Shown here: in pieces, positions 1 through 12,652 of the stretch | Position numbering within the stretch: position 1 is the first letter of the stretch | Layout of the letters: every line of letters begins with the position of its first letter | Source: Fonticula alba ATCC 38817 | Taxonomy: Eukaryota > Protista > Nucleariida | NCBI GenBank assembly: GCA_000388065.2 | Contig: KB932209.1 | DNA length: 64,000 bases | Reading direction: 5' to 3' (one strand) | Program-made: the position numbers and the translations under genes | The notes under the pieces: model-generated | Databases searched by the model: none | Seen by the model: the letters and a program-made list of their open reading frames with translations, nothing else | Told to the model about the DNA's origin: nothing

Positions 1-553
1 GCTTTTGTGTGTCTGCTTCCCTAACTTGGGCAGATCCCGGAAAAACAGCGTGTTTTTTATTCGCAGCCTCATTTCGGCCGTCTGGTTGTTGTGCCCCCGG
101 GGTGGTGTCTCCTGGTCGAGCCCGCCGGCCAGGCATGCGCGAAGATCATACTCTGGAGCGTCCTGCCCTGCTGGGGGCGAGGGGGCAGGCACACAGGGAT
201 GAGCCTCAGCCATTGAGATCTGCGCGATCGGCCGTCCGCGTCCGGTTCCTCGGCCACGGGTGAGACCGGGAACTCCACGCACAGGGCGGGAGAGGGCAGG
301 CGCCACCAATCGATACATCGCCGTTGCCTCCTGCCATCATCCTACTGGGGGCCGACAGGTGGCCCGCAGCAATACGTGGTTTTTTCGGCCGGCCCCTGGC
401 CAATGCCCCCTCCCGGTCCAGGGCATCCCCCTCCCCTGCTGGGCTGGACTGCTCCTCACCACCCGCCCTCCGTTCTTTTCTCCCTGCTCCGGCTGCGCAC
501 TCTCCCTCCCCCCCCCCTTCTTTCTTTCCCTCCCCTTCTCTCCTCAATCCGCC

Positions 554-1119
554 ATGAGACCGCGACACCTTTCCAATCTGCGGATCCCGTATCATGTCAA
601 AATGCATCTGGTTCGCCGACATGCGCTCCTCATGTCGAGCAGCTTCCCACCACGGGCCTTTTCCCGGCGCATCCTAGACCTGGCATCGGGGGATGAGCAG
701 GTCGCCGCGGCGTCCAAAAAACACCCGACTCCCTTTGTCTCGGATGACATTTTCCCGCGCCATGTGCGCCTCCTCGGCCAGACTGCCGAAGGCCGGCGGT
801 CTCGCTTTGGTTCGCGCTGGGTTGGCATGGATCGACCTCCCACCGAGCCCTCGCCTACCCCCTCCCTTGCCCGGGCTCTGCCCGAAGAGGAATCCATGAC
901 CCCTGCCGAGCGGGCGCACGAGCGGTCTCGCAACCGGTCCGAACTCCTCTCGCTTTACCGGTCCATCCAGCGTGTTGGCCGGCATATTGCCCCGACGGAT
1001 CCGTATCTGAGGTTAGCGTGTGGTTCTTGATGCTTCGGTTTCCTGCTTTCATCATTCCTCCATTGCACTTGGGCGCCAATGGCCACAAACTCACAACCAT
1101 CTTGCATCGGCTGGTGCAT

Positions 1120-1154
<35 letters not shown>

Positions 1155-2605
1155 TGGCTATATATATATATATATATATATACGTAGCTCTTTCATCCAG
1201 GCTGAGGCCCGTCGCCAATTTGAGGCCCGAGTGACCTTTCGACCAGATATCATGCGGAAAATTCCCCCGGCCATCGTGGCCGCATACGAAGCCTCACTGG
1301 ACCACCAGCGGAATTCCCTGATTCATGCACGAGCGCAGCTCGCCTCCCTCTTTGAGGCACTGTCCCTCAAAAAGGTGCATGCCCTGGACAATCTGTTGGC
1401 CATGGCCTTTGGACGCGTTGGCACACTGAAGGAGAAGTTTTGCCTGGTATGATGTGGCCTTCTACCCTCGCTGTCATCTGCCCCCGACTGCCGGAACGCC
1501 GTCTAACCATCGCCAAATTGGACTGGGCCTCGCGCGTCAGGACGTCTGCTCGCTCCCCCTGCTTGAGGACCTTGAGTTCAGCTACTTCCCCGAGGTATCC
1601 GGCCTCGCCATCAAGTCCACCAATCAGGAGGAGTTCCCCTTGCCAACCCCCTGCTTGAGATACATCGAGCGGCAATAGTGCGTCTGACGGTCCACACGCC
1701 GGGCATGGGGAGGTGGCTTCACACATGCACACGCGCCCGCGCCCACATCCACTCCCACACGGTGGCCATGTCTCCTGCGGTTGTATCGCATTTTTGACCC
1801 TCTCACCTTGCACCTTCCTCCATCACGCCCATGCTGATCTCCGACCATCGGCTCCTTCAGTGCCTCCCTCAAAGAAGGCCCATATCATGCCCTGTCCCGG
1901 GCATACTGCCGGCTGATGAACCGCATCCCGGTGCTCATGAGCTTGGAGATCCCATCGTCCCTGCCACGGGGCGACCTGCCGACAAAGCTGGCCGACGCCA
2001 CGCACGCCATTGGGTATGGGCATTTTAGCAGTCTGCCCAGCTCGTCTGGACAGGCTGACCTGATGGCGCTGTCCGGCACCGAGCGTCCTCGTCCGCTTGG
2101 CGGCAGTGGGTATATGCATGTGGGCATGGACATCGCCAGTCTCCTTGGTGAATCGTTGAACCAGCGCAGCCGTGTTCCTCGCTTTCTGACGTCCGACCAC
2201 CAGGCCCATGCGCTGGCGATGATCCGCCAAGCTGAGGGCCCCGGCCCGACGCATGCCCTCGATGGCCGGCCGCTGCTCCTGTCACTGAACGAGCCCCCCC
2301 CCTCGGCAGCCAATGACGTGGCCTTCATCTCGGACATCATTGCGTACCTTCGGATGACCCCGGCCGCGGTGGAGATCAACCCAGCCGTGACCAACATCAT
2401 CTACGGCTATGATGACCGGAAGCACCGGACCGAGATTCGTCGCCTGCGCAAGCTCTATCCCATCGAGCACACGTCCTTCTTCCGGGGGTTTGAGCCGGTG
2501 GCTCGGTTTTGTAGCTTCTCTCTGTTTGATGCGCCGACGCTGCCTCCCCACTCGGCCCCGGCTGACACCCAGCCCTCCATTCGCACCATCCCCGGTGGTG
2601 AGTGA
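554..2605 (+). CDS. LYR-motif (Complex1_LYR-like) protein, probably mitochondrial; about 4 exons
   Basis: Splicing intron 1012-1187 (GTTAGC..TAG) gives RSELLSLYRSIQRVGRHIAPTDPYLSSFIQAEARRQFEAR, the LYR..R/F pattern. Further GT-AG joins near 1447-1550 and 1678-1860 give YIERQYASLKEGPYHALSRAYCRLMNRIPVL and run in frame to the stop at 2605. Start ATG 554 (gccATG) is a best guess. Confidence 0.6.
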
Positions 2606-2888
2606 GATGGATCCCCTCGCCTCCGGCTGTTTCCCTCCTCTCCAAATATAGACCAGCCTCCGCCGTGGGGCCTCTCCCTCCTTCGCCCGGTGTGCTCCTT
2701 CTCTTTTTCCTTCGATGCAACTATACAAGGGCGAGCTGGTATTCCAGGGACACACACACAGAGACATATGTGTGTGTGTCCCTCCTTTTGCCCGGTCTCC
2801 TCCGCTCCATGGGGTACAGCGGGGAGAAAGGGATGGGAGGGGGGGGGGGAGGAGGGGGGAGAGCGAGAGGGGCCTTCCTCTGCGATCA

Positions 2889-5800
2889 TCAGTAGGGGTT
2901 GGAGAGCTTGTAGCGCCAAGTACGAATGTCCATCGGGCGCATCAACACACTGAGGGGGTTCTGCGCAACATGCACGCTGCCGGAATCGTCGGCCCACTGT
3001 GGCCGGACATAATGATCGGCCGTGTTGATGCCACACAGATCGAGCTCCTCGCTCAGGGAGTAGCCGAAGTCCAGGACCTGGGTGGCATCGATCTGTGTAT
3101 GTATGGATGTAAGGATGTATGGATGTATGGTTATGGATGTGTGTGTGTGTGTGTGTGTGTGTGGGTGCACGCATATCGATGTGCGTGTCGACGTGCGCGT
3201 CGAGGCGTATGTGCCAGTGTTTTCCGAAGAAGAGAAGGGGTGAGGGCAGCGTGATTAGCCCCGGTCCTGGCGTGTGTGCCATGCGAGAGGCAGGCAAAGT
3301 AGAAGCAAAAAAGAGGCGAAGGGACGGGGGAATGTGGGGCACCAGCTCTCAAACGCACCACCTCCTCTGGGAGACCAGCATCCACCTCGAAGATGTTCTG
3401 CAAGCGCAGAAGCCCGGTGCGCCAGTGCGCCGATGCGTCCGCCTTGACGGTGAGCAGGTGCACACTGTCCGGCAGGGGGGCCTGGAGCATGGAGAACACC
3501 GGGGTGTCAACCTCCCAGACGGTGGCATTGGCCGCGGCCGGGCCGCACGCAGCCAACAGTGGGGGGAACATGTTGATGATGTTCAGCTGCGCGCGGGTCC
3601 GATCCATGGAGACATTGCCGGTCCGGTGCATGGTCAGCCGCGACCGGATGACCGACCGATCATTCAGGGCCTCGGCCACACCACGGCCATCGTCACGCGA
3701 GCACCGCCGGTGGAGCATGAACTCCGCGGCACCGGGCCCAAGCGAGGCGCCGGCCACCGCGCGGTCAGTCAGGAAGGCCACCGAGGTGCCATCCGCCTCC
3801 GACCGGAGGACCGCCTGCGACACGATCGGGTAGAAGTGCTTCTGGGGGGCGGAGCTATGGGCATGAAGGCGAGGGCAGGTTGCATGAGTACCGGCTGGGG
3901 GCGGAGGTGTGTGTGTGTGTGGGGGGGGGGGGAGGGGGGGGGGCAAGGCCAAAGGGAAAAGGCGAGGGAGGTGGCCAGACAGAAGCCGCAAGACGGGACA
4001 GCGCAGGCAACGATCCCACGAAAAAAGCAGGGACATATGGTCTGCGGTCGGACGCATGGGCAGGTGCATGGAGGAACATACCCGTCGTATGGCCGGCGAG
4101 CATGCATCTCCAGGGCATTGTTGTCCGAGATGAACACCGTGTCGGCCAGATCGGTGGCGATGTGCACGACCACCTCCGTGTTGTAGGGGATCTCACCAAG
4201 GCGCGAGTCCACATGAACCTGGGCCTGATCGGCGACCGAGCCGACATGGTGCAGGCGCAGGGCGAGGACATGCTCGCGGTTGTGGAAGGCCCGAACCTCG
4301 GAGAAGACCGGGCCCTCGACGAGGGTAACCTCGGTATACCGGTCCAGCGGGAGGTGAATATCCTCCATGGGCCGGAAGATGTAGGCGCCCTGTGTGTTCG
4401 TGTGGGCATATGCAATGCACGCATGCACATGTGTGTTGCCATGGGTCAGTGAAGGGGAAAAGGGGCGAGAGGGCCCCAAAGTGGAGGGGCGACAGGGCGA
4501 TGGCCACGGTCACGCACGGAATTCTGCTGCTGGGTGGAGACACTCCGGTAGAAGCGCAGCTCGGCGGCGAACTTGCTCACGGTCTGGCCAGCGGTCCCAA
4601 GGAGATCCGTCTGGACGATGGCCAGATTGCGCTGGCCCGGGGTCACGGCCAGGCTGATGGCCTCGTTGCGCAAAGTGAGCGGGGTATCGGCATTCAGGAC
4701 GCTGCGCGGCTCGGACACCTGGTCCAGGGGGCTAGGGGGTGCGAGATGCCAGGGGGGTCAGCGGCGTGTGCACACGAAATGCATGACGGTGTCCATGGGG
4801 GCAGAGGGATGCGGGGGGGGGGGGGGGGGAAAGAAAGAAGGACGCCAGCACGTACGCAATCTCCACAAAGTACACCCGGTAGCCGGCGGCCGGCAGGCGC
4901 GCCTCGAAGGCCAGCTCGTACGGCAGACGCCCAAGGGATGGCTCGTCGAAGAGGGCCGGGATGACCTGGCTCGGGACCAGAGCCCCATCAGCATCACGCA
5001 CCACGACATCCGACCGATCGAGGGGGAGGGTGTGCACCGTGTGCCGGGGCCAGGCCAGGCTATTGGCGATGACCACAGGCACCACTCCGCCCGGGGCCAA
5101 GCGGTCCAGGCGCCCGGCCAGATCCAAATCCATGAGCTGGGCAGGGGTGGCATCGCCGCCCAGCAGGACGGCCAGCGTGTTGGCGAACACCCGGCGGGTG
5201 GAGGGCTCGGCCTCGGCGAAGGCCTGCACATAGTCCTCCATGACGTAGGCCTTGGAGGTGCCGGTCACGGCATCGTGGTGCTGGGCCACAGCATGGGCCT
5301 GGCGCAGGGGAGACACATGGGTCGAGGGGACCTGGTGCTGGAAGCGGGCCGGGCCGACCTGGGCCGCGGCCGCCTGCGACAGCATATCCACGGCGCGCAT
5401 CTCGCCCTCGGTGGTCCGGACCAGGCGCTTGAACTGCGGGTACGAGGTGAAGTACCCGGTCCACCAGGAGAGCTCATTATCGGCATAGGGATAGAAGTCC
5501 CCGGTGAAGAGGGGCCAAGTGACGGCCGTCTCGCGGGCCAGCGCCTCAAAGTAGTCCGACAGGGTGGAGTAGCGGATCCGCACGCCGAGCTGCTCGCTGA
5601 GGTGCACACCCGACGGCGGGGGGAGATGCGAAGGGGGGAGGGGCGAGTCAGGGATGGATCATTTTTTTTCCCCCTCCCGGAGGCATGGAGCCAGGCACAG
5701 GCGAAAGGTGGCCGACCCACAGTGAGGGTGGTCGTACGAGTTGGCATTGATGTAGTCAATCAACAAGTCCCAGCTGTCAAACTGGGCGTGGGCATTCTGG

Positions 5801-8800
5801 TAGCGGAAGTCATCGCCAGCCGGGATGAGGAGGTGCTGGGTGCGATAGCCGGCAGCGCGGCGGGCAAATTCCCGGACCAGGGTGCTTTTTGGTGGTGGTG
5901 GTGGTGGTGGTGGTGTGAGCAGCTGGCGGGCGGGGAGGGGGAGGGGGGGGGGGAGGAGGGAGCAGCAGGGGTGCCAGGGGCCTGGAGGGGGCGTACTTGG
6001 CCTTGGAGGCGACATTGTGCGGCGTGATGGGCTGGTCGCGCTCGAAGTCGAAGCCAGACGGCGAGGAGTAGTGGTCACTCAGGACGTGAGTGAAGAGCTC
6101 GACCTCGGCGCCGAGGGACTTGGATCCGCTGTGTTGGCCAAGCACCGGCGGGGGGCGGATGGGGGAGACCGTGAGTGGAGGAGTGGATGTTTTGGGCCTT
6201 GCTTTTTTCTTTTTGCCCATCAACGGGTCTCACAGCACGAGGGGGAGAGACCCGGGCATTCTCACGAGGAGGAGAGGGGAAACATACCGCCAGACGAACT
6301 CCATGTGCTGGGTGGCCTTGAAGAGGTCCTTGTCGGAGTAGGTGATGCGATTGATGACGCCGCCCTTGAAGCCCATCTTGGCAAAGAGGGTCGGGTAGAC
6401 GGCCGACAGGCCGAAGGGGTCTGTGTGCAGTGCCAAAAGGAATGACGTGTGAGCAGCCACAGGCGGGCCGTGCTTGGGGAGCACCCCGGAGGAGGGAGGG
6501 GGGGGGGGCGCACCGATGTTCCAGCTGGTGACGGGCACCACGCCCAGGGTCTCGTAGAGCCACTGCAGGCCCTCGGTCATCTGGTCGATGTTGGCCGAGT
6601 AGGTGGGGTTGGCATTGTCGCTCATGACCCACCCAGCCAGGATGAACTCCATCNNNNNNNNNNGTGCACACGAAATGCATGACGGTGTCCATGGGGGCAG
6701 AGGGATGCGGGGGGGGGGGGGGGGGAAAGAAAGAAGGACGCCAGCACGTACGCAATCTCCACAAAGTACACCCGGTAGCCGGCGGCCGGCAGGCGCGCCT
6801 CGAAGGCCAGCTCGTACGGCAGACGCCCAAGGGATGGCTCGTCGAAGAGGGCCGGGATGACCTGGCTCGGGACCAGAGCCCCATCAGCATCACGCACCAC
6901 GACATCCGACCGATCGAGGGGGAGGGTGTGCACCGTGTGCCGGGGCCAGGCCAGGCTATTGGCGATGACCACAGGCACCACTCCGCCCGGGGCCAAGCGG
7001 TCCAGGCGCCCGGCCAGATCCAAATCCATGAGCTGGGCAGGGGTGGCATCGCCGCCCAGCAGGACGGCCAGCGTGTTGGCGAACACCCGGCGGGTGGAGG
7101 GCTCGGCCTCGGCGAAGGCCTGCACATAGTCCTCCATGACGTAGGCCTTGGAGGTGCCGGTCACGGCATCGTGGTGCTGGGCCACAGCATGGGCCTGGCG
7201 CAGGGGAGACACATGGGTCGAGGGGACCTGGTGCTGGAAGCGGGCCGGGCCGACCTGGGCCGCGGCCGCCTGCGACAGCATATCCACGGCGCGCATCTCG
7301 CCCTCGGTGGTCCGGACCAGGCGCTTGAACTGCGGGTACGAGGTGAAGTACCCGGTCCACCAGGAGAGCTCATTATCGGCATAGGGATAGAAGTCCCCGG
7401 TGAAGAGGGGCCAAGTGACGGCCGTCTCGCGGGCCAGCGCCTCAAAGTAGTCCGACAGGGTGGAGTAGCGGATCCGCACGCCGAGCTGCTCGCTGAGGTG
7501 CACACCCGACGGCGGGGGGAGATGCGAAGGGGGGAGGGGCGAGTCAGGGATGGATCATTTTTTTTCCCCCTCCCGGAGGCATGGAGCCAGGCACAGGCGA
7601 AAGGTGGCCGACCCACAGTGAGGGTGGTCGTACGAGTTGGCATTGATGTAGTCAATCAACAAGTCCCAGCTGTCAAACTGGGCGTGGGCATTCTGGTAGC
7701 GGAAGTCATCGCCAGCCGGGATGAGGAGGTGCTGGGTGCGATAGCCGGCAGCGCGGCGGGCAAATTCCCGGACCAGGGTGCTTTTTGGTGGTGGTGGTGG
7801 TGGTGGTGGTGTGAGCAGCTGGCGGGCGGGGAGGGGGAGGGGGGGGGGGAGGAGGGAGCAGCAGGGGTGCCAGGGGCCTGGAGGGGGCGTACTTGGCCTT
7901 GGAGGCGACATTGTGCGGCGTGATGGGCTGGTCGCGCTCGAAGTCGAAGCCAGACGGCGAGGAGTAGTGGTCACTCAGGACGTGAGTGAAGAGCTCGACC
8001 TCGGCGCCGAGGGACTTGGATCCGCTGTGTTGGCCAAGCACCGGCGGGGGGCGGATGGGGGAGACCGTGAGTGGAGGAGTGGATGTTTTGGGCCTTGCTT
8101 TTTTCTTTTTGCCCATCAACGGGTCTCACAGCACGAGGGGGAGAGACCCGGGCATTCTCACGAGGAGGAGAGGGGAAACATACCGCCAGACGAACTCCAT
8201 GTGCTGGGTGGCCTTGAAGAGGTCCTTGTCGGAGTAGGTGATGCGATTGATGACGCCGCCCTTGAAGCCCATCTTGGCAAAGAGGGTCGGGTAGACGGCC
8301 GACAGGCCGAAGGGGTCTGTGTGCAGTGCCAAAAGGAATGACGTGTGAGCAGCCACAGGCGGGCCGTGCTTGGGGAGCACCCCGGAGGAGGGAGGGGGGG
8401 GGGGCGCACCGATGTTCCAGCTGGTGACGGGCACCACGCCCAGGGTCTCGTAGGGCCACTGCAGGCCCTCGGTCATCTGGTCGATGTTGGCCGAGTAGGT
8501 GGGGTTGGCATTGTCGCTCATGACCCACCCAGCCAGGATGAACTCCATCTGTTGCAAGAGGGGGGGGGAGCGAGAAGGAGTTGGAGGAAGAGGCGGGAGG
8601 AAGAGGCGGGAGGAAGAGGCGGGAGGAAGAGGCGGGAGGAAGAGGCGGGAGGAGGGCGTGTTAGGGAAGGGTGGCAGGTGTGAAAAAGTTGACTTCGGAG
8701 GTCTGTCTGCGGGACTTGCCAAGCGTCTGCCGAGCGTGCGTATGTATGTGTGTCGGGGGGGGGGCGGGGGGGGAGAGAGGAACAGCGACGTACTTGACCA

Positions 8801-8958
8801 TTAGCCACGAAGGAGTGAACCAACTTGCGCTGGGCATCGGTCGCCTCGCGGTACCACCGGCTGAAGAAGGCCATTTCCACGACGATGAACTTACGGGAGG
8901 GATTGCGCGACAGCGCATCGACCGTGGTGTCGTAGATCTTCTTGACTTGCTACAAATG

Positions 8959-9000
<42 letters not shown>

Positions 9001-9465
9001 ATGGTCAGCAGATGGGTCGTGAGGGGGAGGGGGGGGGGGTAGAGGCGGGGCCAGCAACAGGCAGGGATCTTGTCCAGAAGGAAGGAGGGATGGAGTCCGG
9101 GACGTGGCACTGGCTGCCAGCATGGAGGCACAGGCGAAGCGGGAAGGAAAGCATGCATACGTGCACCTCTGCGCGCGATGGAGACGAACCTGGACATAGT
9201 ACTCGTCGGCGGTCATGCGCCAGCCGACATCATCGTGGCTGTGCGGGACAACCCACACCTCGAGCGGGACGCGCTCGCCCGAGGAGAGGACCTTACCAAC
9301 CGGGCCGGAGAGGGGGCCATCCTGGTGGACGACCCGCGCGGAGGAGCTCAGCAGGGAAGATTGCGGCACGTACAGAGCGCCCAGGGCCCGAGGCAGGGGA
9401 GCCAGCAGGAGGCCGGCCACCCCGAGCAGTGCCAGGAGCAGCACCAGCGGGAAGCGAGCGGTCAT
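2889..9465 (-). CDS. Glycoside hydrolase family 38 alpha-mannosidase (lysosomal/secreted type), multi-exon; the middle exons appear twice in the assembly
   Basis: Signal peptide MTARFPLVLLLALLGVAG. GH38 motifs VVPHSHDDVGW (Zn ligands), RKFIVVEMAFFSRW, MEFILAGWVMSD, spliced WNI|DPFG (nucleophile Asp), AGDDF, WTGYFTS, QHHDAVTGTS and LLRLQNIFE. Last exon ends at stop 2889. Confidence 0.93.
4768..8549. repeat. Direct duplication of 1886 bp (4768-6653 and 6664-8549) separated by a 10-N gap
   Basis: Constant 1896-bp offset and identical ORF translations in both copies. The only difference I noticed is A6558 vs G8454. Confidence 0.95.
8586..8650. repeat. Intronic minisatellite (GGAAGAGGCGGGA)x5
   Basis: Five perfect 13-bp units read directly, inside a mannosidase intron. 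Confidence 0.9.
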
Positions 9466-10189
9466 GCTGAGCAGGAGGGCGAGGAGGAAGGGCAGGGGAT
9501 GAGCGTGTTTTCTTTTCTATCGAATGGGGGCCTCCCGGGGGGAGGAGCGGAAGGATGCGCTTCGAAGGCGGACTGGGGGGGAGGGGGGGCGGGGACGGGA
9601 TGGTGTGCGACCAAGGGGATGGGAGGCGGGGGGGGGGGGGGGGAGAGGGGCGATCTCTGTCCAGTGGTTGGCCCGGGCTCAAGGTTGCTGGCCCAAGAGG
9701 GCCGTGATGCGGGGGGAGGGGGCGCCGCTTGGCCGCGATCTCCCCCCGCTCCAAGCCGCCCGTACGTCCACACATGTATGTATGTGGGTGGTGGGCTGAG
9801 AGGCCGAGGGGCAGGCCCGGGGCAGGCAGGCCGCAGACCACGACGCCTGCGGCCCGAGTCCGGGGGGGGGGGGGGGGGGGGGGGGGGGTGCACACAAAAA
9901 CAACACCAGTCTACCGACGCTCACGTTCCGACGGCAGCGGCTGTGTGGTGCACCCGACCTCGGGAGCTCCCCCCTCTGCCTGGCGGAGCGCGGGGGCGTC
10001 AACAGTCTGGCGTGCCCCCGCCCCCCTCCCCACCTGGGCCCGGCATAGGAGAAGACTCGCTTTTTGGCCCTCGGCTCGTCCCCCCTGCCAGGGAGGAGGA
10101 GGGCGGCGCGTCGGAGTTTTTCAAAAGCCCCATGGATTGGGAGTCGGCCCTGTAGCCTGCTGATGGTGGAGTGTGGGGTTTCTGCTCAT

Positions 10190-10224
<35 letters not shown>

Positions 10225-11232
10225 GGGGGTGGGGGGGGGGGGGGGGGGGGCGGCGCGGACTGCCCCTGGCGATCGCTCGAGAGACAGAGAGAGAGACGGA
10301 GAGGGAGAGACTTGGGCGCTGATACGGGGGCGTTCCCGACCGCCCCGTGCCCTTCATCCCGCTGGAAAGTCGTACGGTCTCGGGCTGGCTGGGCCCCGGC
10401 CCCACCGGGGCCGCAGTCGAAAATGAACATTTTCACCCGTGTCACATGACTCTAGTCAAAAATGTCAGTCCGGCTTTGCGGGCCCAGGCCCGCCCTCGCC
10501 CGGTGCTTAGTTCCTCTCTCTCCCCAAGCAAGTGTACCTGCTCTCCTCCGTCAAAAAAGTGGGATGTCTCTTGGCGGCTGACTGTCCTGTCCAGGCCGCG
10601 CCGGGTGTGTCTCGTGAGCCTCGCGGCCGATCTCCTTGCCGGGCTCCCTGGCTCTTTCTCTCTCTCTCTCTCTCGATGTCCCATAGTATTGGTCTGGCCG
10701 TCTCTTTTGCCCTTCCAGGGCGGGTGTTTTCCCCCGGCCCCTGGGCGTGCATTGGCGCGAGGGGGTCTGCCAGGGTACTTGCGCATTTGCGCCCAACACC
10801 TTCAATGTGGCCGGGACGTTCTTCCGCCAGAAGAAGAAACGCGCGGGGTGCAGGGGGAGGGAGGGGGGTGAGACCGTGGGTGGAGGATGCGCCGACCGGC
10901 GATCCGCTGGTTGTGGCTCCCCGCCGCACCCCCCCCCCCCCAACCGCTCCCCGGACGGGGGAGGAGGGGGGAGAGCCGATCGGTCTTGCCTCCAGCGATG
11001 TCTGTGGCACGCCTCGGCCCTTCGCTTGGCACGAGATTCCGCCATTGCAAGGAGCCGCACCCGGGCGTGCCAATCGGGCCAACTGAACAGCCGGCGCATC
11101 GACGAGCCATGCTTAGCCTGCCGACCAGCCGCCTCCATCCTTCCTGTCCCTCCTCCCCCCCCCGCCCCCCGCCGTTTCTTTCTCTCAGCCCTTCCGCCAT
11201 TGGTCTGGTCCATCGTTGCCCCGTTGCGCGCC

Positions 11233-11750
11233 ATGTCCTACACGAGTCAGGTTGTCGCCCTTCTTCCGTGTATCCTTGTTCCTTTGNNNNNNNNNNNNNN
11301 NCCCCCCCCATCTCTCACTCTCTCTCTCTCCCGCTCTCGGCTTTGTGGCCCCTCGTTCCCTCGCAGCAACCGCCGACGGTGCACGTCAAGAATGCCGACA
11401 TGTCGGACGAATTCCGTGCGGCCGCCTGTGAGGTGGCCATCGAGGCGATAACCTCCTTCAAGCTTGAGCGCGAAATCGCTGCCCACATCAAGAAGGTGCG
11501 TTTTTTTTCCTGGCCTCCTCCCTTTTTTCCCCGCTCAGTTGTCCCTCTTGGCGATTGCTGCTTTGCCTGTTCTGACCTGTCGCCTGGGCCCATCTCCCGC
11601 ATGCGTGGGCAGACCTTCGACCAGCGTTACGGCAAGACCTGGCACTGCATCGTCGGCAAGAGCTTCGGTTCCTATGTGTCGCACGACTCGAGGCACTTCA
11701 TCTTCATGCAGATCGACCGGCAGAACATCCTTCTCTTCAAGTCCGGTTGA
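11233..11750 (+). CDS. DYNLL: Dynein light chain LC8 type (3 exons: 11233-11250, 11367-11495, 11613-11750)
   Basis: VKNADMSDEF...EREIAAHIKK|TFDQRYGKTWHCIVGKSFGSYVSHDSRHFIFMQ...ILLFKSG matches the LC8 consensus (IAA.IKKEFDK.Y..TWHCIVG.NFGS.VTH). The short first exon is less certain. Confidence 0.92.
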
Positions 11751-11805
11751 TTGGCTGACAGGCTGACTGGTTGACTTCTCCCCTGCTTCACAATTCCTTT
11801 GATGG

Positions 11806-11842
<37 letters not shown>

Positions 11843-12652
11843 CCTGTCTCTGTCCCTCCTCGATGTTTTCCCCGTGTCCTCTTGTTCCTGGTCACAATTT
11901 AAAAATACAAGCACTCAGTTGTTCTCCCGGTCCTTATTTTCCCCGTCTCCTCTTCTACGCCTCCTCTTCCGAGCCAGAGAGAGAGCCCCCCTTGGTCTGT
12001 TTGCTCGTTTCGGTCTCGCCATGTGTCGGTGCCCTCCGTGCATTTGGTGTTCCCCGCGGTGCACACACACATGGCGCGGGGGTGACAAATCTAATTTACA
12101 GTATATTGTGGCGGTCATCTCTCCACCCGAGAGGAGCGCCCCCCAGGGGAGGGCCACGCACAGGATTGTGTGTATGTAAGTGTGTGTGTGTGTGTGTGTG
12201 TGAGGATAATGTGAGACGGTGGTGTCACCGGCAGCGCCGCCTCCGGGACGCGACGCGACGCGACCAAAGGCGAGGATAGTCCCGACAGCGCCGGGTAAGG
12301 GGCACAAGCAGAAGCCGAAAACCACAGCATGGGCACCGCTCCTAGCCTGGCCTGGCCCGGTGACAAGAGCTCGGGGATCCCAATATGGACAAGAGAAAGC
12401 AAGAATATGAAGATGAGGGGGAGGAAGGGGGGGGGGGAGGGGGGGAAGGCGAGGCAGAGACAAGTGCCGGGCTCCGACAGGACGAAGACGCGTGTGCGCG
12501 CGCCCGCGCCGCTCGGAAAAGGATGGCAAGGCGGGAGGGAGGGGGGCCAAGCGCGATGGTGAACATGATTCTGTGTGACTGTCACACGCGTGCGCGCCGA
12601 GCCCCATCGGAGCCGGCCCGACAGCATCTCGCCACCACCCTGCGAGAGGGCA

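Noticed and set aside
1676-1684. Apparent in-frame TAG stops at exon ends (here and near 23972) suggesting readthrough or a variant genetic code
   Set aside because: Both are TA|GTGCGT splice donors; splicing rebuilds a TAT (Tyr) codon, so the standard code suffices.
4573-7923. Long plus-strand ORFs (484 and 419 aa) over the mannosidase
   Set aside because: Antisense shadows of a GC3-rich gene; no recognisable motifs, and intron polarity favours the minus strand.
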